A stretch of 38,098 nt of DNA from a virus (IMGVR_UViG_3300046779_001840:1-38098), one strand, 5' to 3'; counted from the first letter of the stretch, positions 28,405 through 35,813 are shown. Translations and numbers: made by a program. Notes: a model not told the origin generated them from the sequence alone.

Positions 28405-29305
28405 ACTTGAGTTTAAAGTCATCAGCGCGAGCTTCGTAATTTATGTAGCCACGTGGGTTACACACGATTCGACAAGAGCCAACCATGTAGTCAAAATCCT
28501 CGTGAGTATGACCATGTGTCCATAATCGTATCTTTGGGTTTGTGATGATGAAATCTTCCAAGTCACTGCTATAGCCACCGTTCATCAGAGTCTCGTGCTG
28601 GTATCTGGGATGAGTAGATCGCTTGCTTGGACTGTGGTGCCCAACAACAACAAATTTGGCATCATCCGCAGAGTTTGCCAGCTCGGCAGTCAAGTGTGCC
28701 AAAAACGCTTTATGATCCACTACAGCATCTTCAGGACTGAACCAAGCAGTATCATCTTTGAACTTGAATCCTTCTTCGATATAGCCACCGGTCTTTTCAT
28801 TGCGAACATAAGATCCATCTTCGGCTTTTTTGTACAAAGGCACACGGCGTTTTTTTGTACCGTTGGCCACAATGCGAAAATCGTTCATCATGCGAGCAAT
28901 GGTTCCGAGGGTGTCGGGATCTTCGCGGTTCATGTCGGTCCACAATGTACCACCAACAAAGGTAAAGTCTTGAATCTGTACAGTTGCTTTGTCAAGAAAA
29001 TGTACATTTTCAAATTCTGCACACAGCTCTTGCAAACGAGCAGCCGACATTGCAAAGTCACCGTGGTAGTGTTCGTGGTTGCCCATAACAAATACCACAT
29101 GCGGGAATTCAAAAGCACAGCGTGAAATGAAGTCACGATAGCGACTGCTACGTGCGCCTTCCATGAAATTGTTGGGATCAGGTCGACCAATGTCATTGGC
29201 AACCATGATGTCACCACCCAGAATCAGCACATCGGCTGCTTCTTCGTTTTTAAGAAAAATGTCTCCAAATTCCAAGTGGAGGTCTGAGCATACGGCAATT
29301 TTCAT
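28391..29305 (-). CDS. Calcineurin-like metallophosphoesterase
   Basis: SDLHLE, GGD, GNHE, GHH, HGHTH, NPRGY. Confidence 0.92.
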   Translation of the reverse strand: MKIAVCSDLHLEFGDIFLKNEEAADVLILGGDIMVANDIGRPDPNNFMEGARSSRYRDFISRCAFEFPHVVFVMGNHEHYHGDFAMSAARLQELCAEFENVHFLDKATVQIQDFTFVGGTLWTDMNREDPDTLGTIARMMNDFRIVANGTKKRRVPLYKKAEDGSYVRNEKTGGYIEEGFKFKDDTAWFSPEDAVVDHKAFLAHLTAELANSADDAKFVVVGHHSPSKRSTHPRYQHETLMNGGYSSDLEDFIITNPKIRLWTHGHTHEDFDYMVGSCRIVCNPRGYINYEARADDFKLKYVDI

Positions 29306-29306
29306 G

Positions 29307-29471
29307 TTAAGTCCATTTAAGGGCAAATTCTACAGCGTGTTTGGGATCAGCAAATTCGAAACTATAGGCTTTGCTTGGAAAAAAATTCTGTACTTGAAAG
29401 TTGTTACCAAATTTTTGACTAGCCCAGACGATAGCATCGTATGTGTTGTTGTGGATTGTGATTTTATTCAT
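29307..29471 (-). CDS. Small hypothetical protein (54 aa; not in ORF track)
   Basis: MNKITIHNN...EFALKWT*; ATG 7 nt after a TATAAT; fills the gap exactly. Confidence 0.65.
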   Translation of the reverse strand: MNKITIHNNTYDAIVWASQKFGNNFQVQNFFPSKAYSFEFADPKHAVEFALKWT

Positions 29472-29478
29472 ACAACAT

Positions 29479-29507
29479 ATTATAGCAAAACATTGTATTT
29501 TGGTCTA
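29479..29507 (-). promoter_or_regulatory. Sigma70-type promoter
   Basis: TAGACC-17 nt-TATAAT with TGn. Confidence 0.72.
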
Positions 29508-29906
29508 CGATTTTTTAAGGATATCCCAGACTTTTTGTTTTTCCAAGATTTCTCGTTCCAACGCCCGATATTGATCGCCAAGCTCTTTTAATTTATTAAA
29601 TTCTTGTTCTAGTTTGGGGTTTGGTTGTAACATGGCTAGCCTTGACTCTACTGATTCAATCCATTTGTCCATATCTCTATCGCGCCATTTTAAATTTCCA
29701 GATATATCAGCATCGCCCGAAACTTTTAAACTGGGCTGACTGCCAGCACTTACTGTAAGTACCGAAGTATCATAACCAGGTGATGTTCCGTAAGTTGTTG
29801 TTCCGTTCCATACATAGCTACTGCCACTGCTGGTACCGCCTGTGGATATAAGCACATTTCCATAATTAGTGGGTACTGCTCCGTACCCTGGGTAAGTTAT
29901 TGGCAT
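29505..29906 (-). CDS. Hypothetical protein
   Basis: G/S/T-rich N-terminus and C-terminal coiled coil; TAAATA 4 nt upstream. Confidence 0.72.
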   Translation of the reverse strand: MPITYPGYGAVPTNYGNVLISTGGTSSGSSYVWNGTTTYGTSPGYDTSVLTVSAGSQPSLKVSGDADISGNLKWRDRDMDKWIESVESRLAMLQPNPKLEQEFNKLKELGDQYRALEREILEKQKVWDILKKS

Positions 29907-29933
29907 TGAATATTTATTTTTTGTATCTGTTGC

Positions 29934-29962
29934 ATTTTAGCAAATACAGATCGTACAGTCAA
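29934..29962 (-). promoter_or_regulatory. Sigma70-type promoter
   Basis: TTGACT-17 nt-TAAAAT with TGn, directly after a terminator. Confidence 0.62.
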
Positions 29963-29963
29963 T

Positions 29964-29985
29964 AAAAAACGGGCCGAAGCCCGTT
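29964..29985 (-). terminator. Rho-independent terminator
   Basis: AACGGGC-TTCG-GCCCGTT followed by a T-run. Confidence 0.88.
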
Positions 29986-29987
29986 AG

Positions 29988-30146
29988 TTATTTGTTCTTT
30001 TGTTGATGTCGATATTCTCTACGCAACCACCAACGATATCGTTGCCAGTATTCCTGTAGTGTATAAGGCAGCTCTTGATATTCTTCATGCTCCCGACAAT
30101 TTTCTAACCAGATATTTCTTAACCAATGTCTAAATTTTGAATCCAT
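29988..30146 (-). CDS. Small Trp/Arg-rich hypothetical protein
   Basis: GGAG RBS before ATG 30146 (MDSKFRHW). Confidence 0.62.
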   Translation of the reverse strand: MDSKFRHWLRNIWLENCREHEEYQELPYTLQEYWQRYRWWLRREYRHQQKNK

Positions 30147-30149
30147 ATC

Positions 30150-30359
30150 TGACTCCCAAATTAGTGTTCGGCTACTGATCCTCATCAGCCCCGAACTGAG
30201 CGGTTACTCTGTCCACTACATTTACTTCTAGCAAGGTGTAGTACCCACTTACGATGTTTCCAGGCTCCCATGTAAGCGGGACTTGAGGTCATTGATCGTA
30301 TGCACCCTGACATTTTGGTGAAGTCATTTACCCCCTTTAATAACGCAGAAGGGACTGCG
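30150..30359 (-). ncRNA. Unassigned multi-stem structured RNA downstream of tRNA-Met
   Basis: Closing stem TGACTTC..CCAAA/TTTGGGAGTCA; inner helices CCCGCTTAC/GTAAGTGGG, ACTACA/TGTAGT, GTTCGG/CCGAAC, CTGAT/ATCAG, GTCA/TGAC; 5' hairpin CGCAG/CTGCG. Confidence 0.62.
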
Positions 30360-30364
30360 AGGTT

Positions 30365-30438
30365 TGGTTGCGGGACCTGGAATCGAACCAAGATCTGGAG
30401 CTTATGAGACTCCTGAATTACCGTTACTCTATCCCGCG
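30365..30438 (-). tRNA. tRNA-Met(CAT), initiator-like
   Basis: Cloverleaf, loop CTCATAA, C1xA72 mismatch, A11-U24, encoded CCA. Confidence 0.92.
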
Positions 30439-30447
30439 GCTGTTAGT

Positions 30448-30555
30448 TGGGAGTTGTCCTCCCGGAAGAAGTCCGTAGCCCTATACGTCTATAGGGTTCA
30501 CTAGTAAATCCTAGCTATTCCTGGTGCGGTCACTTGCGTGATCCCGTGACGGACA
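30448..30555 (-). ncRNA. Unassigned multi-branch structured RNA between tRNA-Trp and tRNA-Met
   Basis: Closing GTCCGT/ACGGAC enclosing TCAC-GCAA-GTGA, CTAG/CTAG and CCCTATA-GACG-TATAGGG, then GGGAG/CTCCC. Confidence 0.52.
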
Positions 30556-30560
30556 ATTTT

Positions 30561-30634
30561 TGGCTCCGGTGGAGGGAATCGAACCCCCACTAGCGGTTTT
30601 GGAGACCGCCGCACTGCCATTATACTACACCGGA
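30561..30634 (-). tRNA. tRNA-Trp(CCA)
   Basis: Cloverleaf, anticodon arm GCGGT-CTCCAAA-ACCGC, CCA end. Confidence 0.95.
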
Positions 30635-30639
30635 TTATA

Positions 30640-30876
30640 TTACGATTTGTTTTCTAACTTGGCGACAGTTTCTTTCAGCTTGTCGTCGTATTTAAGCTGA
30701 TAAAGAAAAATATTGTAAATGGTCCAAATCATGTAACCAAAAAATCCTACAAAGAACATCCAACCGATTGTTTCGGAACTGACATTCAGCCATATCATCA
30801 AGGCAGGAATGGAAGTAACAATGGCCAACCAACCTGCCGTTTTGCCGGCTGCGCGAACTCGAATATCCATGTACAA
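30640..30876 (-). CDS. Small two-TM membrane protein
   Basis: Two hydrophobic helices; AGGAG RBS; start codon (30876 or 30870) uncertain. Confidence 0.68.
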   Translation of the reverse strand: MYMDIRVRAAGKTAGWLAIVTSIPALMIWLNVSSETIGWMFFVGFFGYMIWTIYNIFLYQLKYDDKLKETVAKLENKS

Positions 30877-30944
30877 ACTCCTATAAAAGTTAACTACTGA
30901 ACCTATATTTTACATGAAGTTGCCTTTAAGGTCAACTGTTATTT

Positions 30945-31034
30945 TGGCGGAAGCGGTGAGATTCGAACTCACGGAACCTTTCGGTTCGTCTGTTTTCAAG
31001 ACAGGTGCAATCAGCCAGACTCTGCCACACTTCC
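30945..31034 (-). tRNA. tRNA-Ser(TGA)
   Basis: Long variable arm, loop CTTGAAA, GCCA end. Confidence 0.95.
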
Positions 31035-31040
31035 TTATTC

Positions 31041-31118
31041 TGGAGCACTGGGTAGGATTTGAACCTACGGTTTTATGGATTTGCAATCCACTGCATTGGG
31101 CCGCTCTGCCACCAGTGC
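31041..31118 (-). tRNA. tRNA-Cys(GCA)
   Basis: Loop TTGCAAA, U73 discriminator, CCA end. Confidence 0.93.
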
Positions 31119-31126
31119 GCTGTTAT

Positions 31127-31201
31127 TGGTCCGGCGTGCAGGAATCGAACCCACATTCTAGAGGTAGAAGCTCTATGTTCTATCCATTGAACTAACGCCA
31201 G
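31127..31201 (-). tRNA. tRNA-Arg(TCT)
   Basis: TAGAG-CTTCTAC-CTCTA, CCA end. Confidence 0.94.
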
Positions 31202-31209
31202 CAAATTCT

Positions 31210-31292
31210 TGGTACCCGAGACCGGACTCGAACCGGTACGCCATAAGCGGGAGATTTTAAGTCTCCTGTGTCTACCATTCCACCACCCGGGC
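31210..31292 (-). tRNA. tRNA-Leu(TAA)
   Basis: GGAGA-CTTAAAA-TCTCC, variable arm, ACCA end. Confidence 0.95.
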
Positions 31293-31297
31293 AATCG

Positions 31298-31429
31298 TTA
31301 ACTATAATCGCTGATAATTTTCAACACTTCTTCTAAGGTAATGCCTACTGCCCGAGCAATTTCTTCTGGTGTGTTACCATCTAAATGCATGTCCATTACC
31401 TGCATGACTATACCTTTATACGCACCCAT
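31298..31429 (-). CDS. Small HTH-like protein (43 aa; not in ORF track)
   Basis: AGGAG RBS; MGAYKGIVMQVMDMHLDGNTPEEIARAVGITLEEVLKIISDYS*. Confidence 0.65.
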   Translation of the reverse strand: MGAYKGIVMQVMDMHLDGNTPEEIARAVGITLEEVLKIISDYS

Positions 31430-31446
31430 ACTCGTCTCCTAAAAAT

Positions 31447-31520
31447 TGGTGCCCCTACACAGAATCGAACTGCAAACTACGGATTACAAAACCGTCGTTA
31501 TACCATTTAACTATAAGGGC
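31447..31520 (-). tRNA. tRNA-Thr(TGT)
   Basis: Loop TTTGTAA, ACCA end. Confidence 0.93.
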
Positions 31521-31526
31521 GAAACT

Positions 31527-31616
31527 TGGCGGAAGACCGGGGACTCGAACCCCGAAGACGTTTTTAAGCGACCGACAGATTAGCAATCTGCTCCAATACC
31601 ATTATGGGAGTCTTCC
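31527..31616 (-). tRNA. tRNA-Ser(GCT)
   Basis: Loop TTGCTAA, long variable arm, GCCA end. Confidence 0.94.
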
Positions 31617-31684
31617 AATACTACAATACTTAGTTAACAACCAAGCAACAACTTTTTAATGAACAATTAACAACTTATGTATCT

Positions 31685-31713
31685 ATTATATACAATACTT
31701 CATTTATTGTCAA
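31685..31713 (-). promoter_or_regulatory. Consensus sigma70 promoter driving the tRNA array
   Basis: TTGACA-17 nt-TATAAT. Confidence 0.88.
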
Positions 31714-31891
31714 CTGCTTTTTGCAATCTTTCTATTTCTTCAGCTGCCTCTTCGAGTAGATCTGCAATCCTATCCCTTGCACCTTCTTCTACACTCTTAC
31801 GCCCGGGAATTTGTCGCCTAATCTCTGCCCGCTTACGTAGGCGAAAGATCAGGCTTTGTTCCGAGACAGGCAAATGACTTTCGTCTTTCAT
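31700..31891 (-). CDS. Small hypothetical phage protein
   Basis: GGAGG RBS, MKDESH..; RLRKRAEIRRQI..DRIADLLEEAA; ATGA-coupled to the ligase gene. Confidence 0.72.
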   Translation of the reverse strand: MKDESHLPVSEQSLIFRLRKRAEIRRQIPGRKSVEEGARDRIADLLEEAAEEIERLQKAVDNK

Positions 31892-32778
31892 GCTGCCTCC
31901 ATATAGTTGCGTACCCATGCCAGGCGAGCTTGCTCGTCCATGGCAGTATATTCTGCAATATTAGCACGAATAGCGTCAACCAAGGGATAGTATTCTTCGT
32001 CCAGATTCTGCTTGATATCATTTTGCATGTTAACAAGTTTGTCTGTACGAGGATTACGTGCAACCCACTTTGAAGTCAAGTAGTACGGACTCTTGATCTT
32101 TGCGCTCACATCATCTTTGGTGTAAAATACAAAACCTTCGTGACGAACATTCTTAACATGTTGCAGCAAGTTGCCTACGGTTGTGTTGAATATTTCTACC
32201 CGACGACAACCAAGCTGGTCTCCCAATGGATGCAAAGTATGAGCTTGGTAATACAACTTACCGTCCCATGCCTTGTGACGGAAGCCTAGCAAATACATGC
32301 CTTCTTCTTCTGGAATAATGTGAGGATCGTTACGATGCACGCATTCAAACATAAAAGTGAAGTCTGGCATTTGTTGCAGTACATCAGCATACTTTGTTTC
32401 ATCAATTAGTTCACGTGCCATAGCAACAAAGTCACTGTCAGTGCTACCAGTGGTAGAAATTAACAATGCATCGTTGTGCCAGGTCACTGCAACCATAAAA
32501 CCATTGATTTTACGATGTGCTGTAACTTCAGTTGCAGGGTCAAGTACTGGTGCGTTCTTTTCTACACCATAGTTGTAAATCTTAGTAAAAGGACGCTGTA
32601 CTACATTAAAATCTTCATCAACAATAGTACCACGGCATTCTTCCAAGTAGTCATTCCACAGATCGTCGAAGAAAACTTTTTTCTTGTACTTGAGTACAAA
32701 GATACCATCACCAGCAGGCTTCCGGCTAACTAGGTTAGGGTTTTCTTCAACAAAATTTTTTAATGCTAATTTATCCAT
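31888..32778 (-). CDS. T4 Rnl1-like RNA ligase
   Basis: PFTKIYNYG, motif I KINGFM, FMFE, motif IV EGFV, motif V KIKS. Confidence 0.88.
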   Translation of the reverse strand: MDKLALKNFVEENPNLVSRKPAGDGIFVLKYKKKVFFDDLWNDYLEECRGTIVDEDFNVVQRPFTKIYNYGVEKNAPVLDPATEVTAHRKINGFMVAVTWHNDALLISTTGSTDSDFVAMARELIDETKYADVLQQMPDFTFMFECVHRNDPHIIPEEEGMYLLGFRHKAWDGKLYYQAHTLHPLGDQLGCRRVEIFNTTVGNLLQHVKNVRHEGFVFYTKDDVSAKIKSPYYLTSKWVARNPRTDKLVNMQNDIKQNLDEEYYPLVDAIRANIAEYTAMDEQARLAWVRNYMEAA

Positions 32779-32795
32779 GATACAACTCCAATACT

Positions 32796-33260
32796 TTACA
32801 CTACTATAATTTTGGTGTAACCTTCGTCTTCTGTTGGCATCACAAACCCATCAATCATGCTACGCATCACATGATCGGGAATGTTCTTTCCCGGCCGACC
32901 AGCCAAACGGCGTGCCAACTCATCTTTGTCAGGAGTAGGAAACACAACCGCGATATGCTCATAGTCGGGCAACATGTTAAACTTTCTAGCACGAGCACCT
33001 ATACTAGTAGATGTTTGGTCCCAGATAATGTTCCTGTTGTTTGCTTTGGCAGTTGAGACTTGATTGGTCATTAATTTAACTGCAACAGGCATGTAGTCTG
33101 CGAACACTTCGTTATAAGTTTTACCTTGTTCTTGTGCATACTTTTCCACAAAATTATCAGTAGACACTACAACAAAATTGTCCAACATGTTCTGAGTCTT
33201 GATCCAGGTACTTTTACCAGCACCAGGTACACCTACCAAATGAATACACTTCAACTTCAC
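32796..33260 (-). CDS. P-loop polynucleotide-kinase-like protein (AAA_33 type)
   Basis: GVPGAGKST, STD, WDQT, lid RR..R; probable GTG start at 33260. Confidence 0.85.
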   Translation of the reverse strand: MKLKCIHLVGVPGAGKSTWIKTQNMLDNFVVVSTDNFVEKYAQEQGKTYNEVFADYMPVAVKLMTNQVSTAKANNRNIIWDQTSTSIGARARKFNMLPDYEHIAVVFPTPDKDELARRLAGRPGKNIPDHVMRSMIDGFVMPTEDEGYTKIIVV

Positions 33261-33261
33261 G

Positions 33262-33819
33262 TTACACCTCGTATTTGTCATGGTGCGATTTAATTGCACC
33301 TGTTAATGCGCTGGCAATCGCTTGGTCCAAAGACATAACAATCTGACCTGTTGCATCCATGCCCATGTCTCGAACACGATAGTGTTCTAAGCCACTACGG
33401 TTGCCGTGCAAGTGACCATGCAAATGAACTGCTCCGCGATGCATTTGATCAAACTCTGCAATAGGATAGTGAAACATTACAACCTTATGTCCGTTATAGT
33501 TAACAGACAAGTAGGTGTGGATCTCCACAAAGCAATCACGGAATGGTTGGTGCTTTAACAATTTACGATCGTGGTTACCTTCAACCAAGATCTTGCGACC
33601 GTTCAAACTACGCATGATTCCAGTGGCTTTGTCTGCACCACAGAATGCAACGTCACCTAAAATATACACAGTATCTTCGGGCATGACAATCTCATTCCAT
33701 TCCCGAATCATCATGCTGGTCATTGACTCTACGTCAGGAAATCGTGCCCTGGACTCAGGACAAAACTTTAAAATGTTTGTGTGACCAAAATGCAAGTCAC
33801 TGGTTACGTATGTTTTCAT
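33262..33819 (-). CDS. Calcineurin-like metallophosphoesterase
   Basis: SDLHFGH, LGD, GNHD, FHYP, HGHLH. Confidence 0.92.
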   Translation of the reverse strand: MKTYVTSDLHFGHTNILKFCPESRARFPDVESMTSMMIREWNEIVMPEDTVYILGDVAFCGADKATGIMRSLNGRKILVEGNHDRKLLKHQPFRDCFVEIHTYLSVNYNGHKVVMFHYPIAEFDQMHRGAVHLHGHLHGNRSGLEHYRVRDMGMDATGQIVMSLDQAIASALTGAIKSHHDKYEV

Positions 33820-33851
33820 GATACAAATTCTTTCTTATTCTCTATACCAAT

Positions 33852-33880
33852 ATTATAGCAAAATGGGTCTTTTTGAGCAA
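33852..33880 (-). promoter_or_regulatory. Sigma70-type promoter for the phosphoesterase-kinase-ligase operon
   Basis: TTGCTC-17 nt-TATAAT with TGn. Confidence 0.72.
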
Positions 33881-33884
33881 CCAG

Positions 33885-33913
33885 AAAAAACCCTAGTATT
33901 TACTAGGGTTTTT
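33885..33913. terminator. Bidirectional intrinsic terminator
   Basis: AAAAACCCTAGTA-TT-TACTAGGGTTTTT inverted repeat. Confidence 0.82.
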
Positions 33914-33941
33914 GGGGCAATTTTGTTGCTTTTTTGCAACA

Positions 33942-34400
33942 TTAGAACATTGTACGCCAATCATCTATATTTGGCTTTTCGTTTTCATCATAGGTCCAGC
34001 CCAGTGCCCGCATCATACGATGCTTTACCAGCAAGTTAGGGCTACGGAAACGTCCAGTATCTTCAAAGCCCAACATAACACCAATCTCGCATACTGCCCC
34101 TGAGCGACATATACCAGCAAAGCAATGAACGACCACGTTCATGTTATTATTCTTTGCATGCTGTAGCAAACGAACAAGCTCGTTGGCCTGCTCTTGGCTA
34201 CACCGCATGGCTTCATCATCTACGTGATCATCACGTTCTACATCAAGGAATTCAAAGTTGTGAATCTCTTTGAACTGGTGTGCAGGTGTAGGGCGCCAAC
34301 TGGCTGGATCGGTAATGCTGATCAGCATGCTGTTCTCACCAGCTTCGTGATGAAATCTTTTTGGGATATCATCTGCCGCTACATTTTCAATCCATGGCAT
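33942..34400 (-). CDS. CX5R (PTP/dual-specificity-like) phosphatase
   Basis: VVHCFAGICRSGAV, ISITDP, FLD; start MPWIENV after GGAG. Confidence 0.85.
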   Translation of the reverse strand: MPWIENVAADDIPKRFHHEAGENSMLISITDPASWRPTPAHQFKEIHNFEFLDVERDDHVDDEAMRCSQEQANELVRLLQHAKNNNMNVVVHCFAGICRSGAVCEIGVMLGFEDTGRFRSPNLLVKHRMMRALGWTYDENEKPNIDDWRTMF

Positions 34401-34401
34401 G

Positions 34402-34608
34402 TCAAATTCTCCGCTTTTTCCAATCGTAATCAGGACCTGTTTCGGCGACACCAAATTCGCCAACCATGTCATCAAGCTCACTAGCCATAGTGACAAGTCT
34501 GCGTCCTGAATTTCTTAGTTCCTGACAACGATTAAGCGCCTGACCCATGTCGTGGAATATTTCACCACTGGTCGCGCCACCTGGTTCGGTCCAATATACT
34601 TTAAACAT
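34402..34608 (-). CDS. Hypothetical protein
   Basis: MFKVYW..YDWKKRRI; ATG 6 nt after a -10 box. Confidence 0.72.
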   Translation of the reverse strand: MFKVYWTEPGGATSGEIFHDMGQALNRCQELRNSGRRLVTMASELDDMVGEFGVAETGPDYDWKKRRI

Positions 34609-34614
34609 GATTAT

Positions 34615-34643
34615 ATTATAGTAAAATAGCGATTTTTGGTCAA
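34615..34643 (-). promoter_or_regulatory. Sigma70-type promoter
   Basis: TTGACC-17 nt-TATAAT. Confidence 0.8.
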
Positions 34644-34662
34644 CCGTTGCTATTTTGTTAAG

Positions 34663-34738
34663 TGGAGCGGGAGGCGAGATTCGAACTCGTCTATTTCAGT
34701 TTGGAAGACTGACGTGTAACCGTAAACACTTCACCCGC
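34663..34738 (-). tRNA. tRNA-Gly(TCC)
   Basis: TCAGT-CTTCCAA-ACTGA, TCCA end; A at position 8 and one acceptor-stem mismatch. Confidence 0.9.
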
Positions 34739-35036
34739 GTTGTTTTTTTGCTACCATTAGATCGTCGGTACAACCACCGCAACGATCTCGTTTACATACA
34801 GTGCTATTTAACAGATCAAAATCAAACACAGTTCCTAAACAATCATTTTCACATTCACCACTGAACACGTTTAGATCCTTGTCTATATAAAGTCGTGTTG
34901 CGCCAGCATTGCATTGCCAACCTTGCCAATGGTCCTGCTGATTGTTGTGCAACCAATTGGCATACAGCAGGTATTCTTCCCCGGTATCGGTTCGTACACG
35001 ACAATTATAATTGCTTTGATTTTCTAATTTCATCAA
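34731..35036 (-). CDS. Stand-alone SPASM/twitch-like Cys-rich domain
   Basis: GWQCNAG..LYID..GEC..C....C..CTDD. Confidence 0.7.
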   Translation of the reverse strand: MMKLENQSNYNCRVRTDTGEEYLLYANWLHNNQQDHWQGWQCNAGATRLYIDKDLNVFSGECENDCLGTVFDFDLLNSTVCKRDRCGGCTDDLMVAKKQRG

Positions 35037-35643
35037 AATTCAACTTGCTTTCTGTTTTTACAAAATCTCTAGTCTTGAAACTGTAATCAATTTCATTAAC
35101 CGAATATGATATACAGTTTTCGTCAAGCAGTTGCCGGTACATGGCAATACGATCTTGATTCCAGTACTCGTTCATAATGTTAACATGAAAACTCTTTGCT
35201 GGACGTATCATTACCTGATCAATGGCCATGGCCTTTTGAAAAAACTTTTTCTCGTCAAAGAATTCACTGTGTGTACTAAAACAGATAGATTCTACTACCT
35301 GAGCCAAGTTCTTGTAATAACCAAGACTTGCACTACCATTTGTGGTAACATGTATTTCTTTAACTTCAGCGTAGTTACTGCGTAGCCATTGCACAAATGG
35401 CAAAAAATTACGATTGGCAGTAATTTCTCCGCCGGTTATGCTGATTTTATAATCCAGGCCAAGATGCTTGCTCTTTGCATGAATATTCTTCCATGCTGTT
35501 TGCATGGTTTCCAAGCTGTGTGGCACACTTGTGCTGTCATGCAAATTTGTTGGACAGTACATGCAATCGTAATTGCACCTAGATCCAATCATCCACGTGA
35601 TTGAAAAGGTTTTTACTGTTGGTTCAACTTGAATAATTTTCAT
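35005..35643 (-). CDS. Radical SAM protein (core domain only)
   Basis: CNYDCMYC, TGGE, TTNGS, FSTH. Confidence 0.9.
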   Translation of the reverse strand: MKIIQVEPTVKTFSITWMIGSRCNYDCMYCPTNLHDSTSVPHSLETMQTAWKNIHAKSKHLGLDYKISITGGEITANRNFLPFVQWLRSNYAEVKEIHVTTNGSASLGYYKNLAQVVESICFSTHSEFFDEKKFFQKAMAIDQVMIRPAKSFHVNIMNEYWNQDRIAMYRQLLDENCISYSVNEIDYSFKTRDFVKTESKLNFDEIRKSKQL

Positions 35644-35655
35644 AACACTCTAATT

Positions 35656-35731
35656 TGGCTCCACAGGGTGGGATCGAACCACCGACACCCTGATTAACAG
35701 TCAGGTGCAACTGCCGCTGTGCTACTGTGGA
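35656..35731 (-). tRNA. tRNA-Asn(GTT)
   Basis: CCTGA-CTGTTAA-TCAGG, GCCA end. Confidence 0.95.
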
Positions 35732-35737
35732 ATAAAA

Positions 35738-35813
35738 TGGTAGGAGATGACGGTCTCGAACCGCCGACCTACGCCTTGTAAGGGCGCCGCTCTACCAACT
35801 GAGCTAATCTCCC
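35738..35813 (-). tRNA. tRNA-Val(TAC)
   Basis: GCGCC-CTTACAA-GGCGT, ACCA end. Confidence 0.95.

Noticed and set aside
30165-30200. CTGATGAG on the minus strand suggesting a hammerhead ribozyme core
   Set aside because: It forms a simple CTGAT/ATCAG hairpin and is followed by GAAC, not GAAA; the stem I/III arrangement is absent
30331-30560. Theta/HDV-like ribozymes at tRNA 3' ends
   Set aside because: I could not build the nested double-pseudoknot HDV fold by eye after either CCA; left as unassigned RNAs
30185-31294. ORF-track entries 30185..30391, 30914..31195 and 31073..31294
   Set aside because: They overlap clear tRNA genes or structured RNA, so they are spurious
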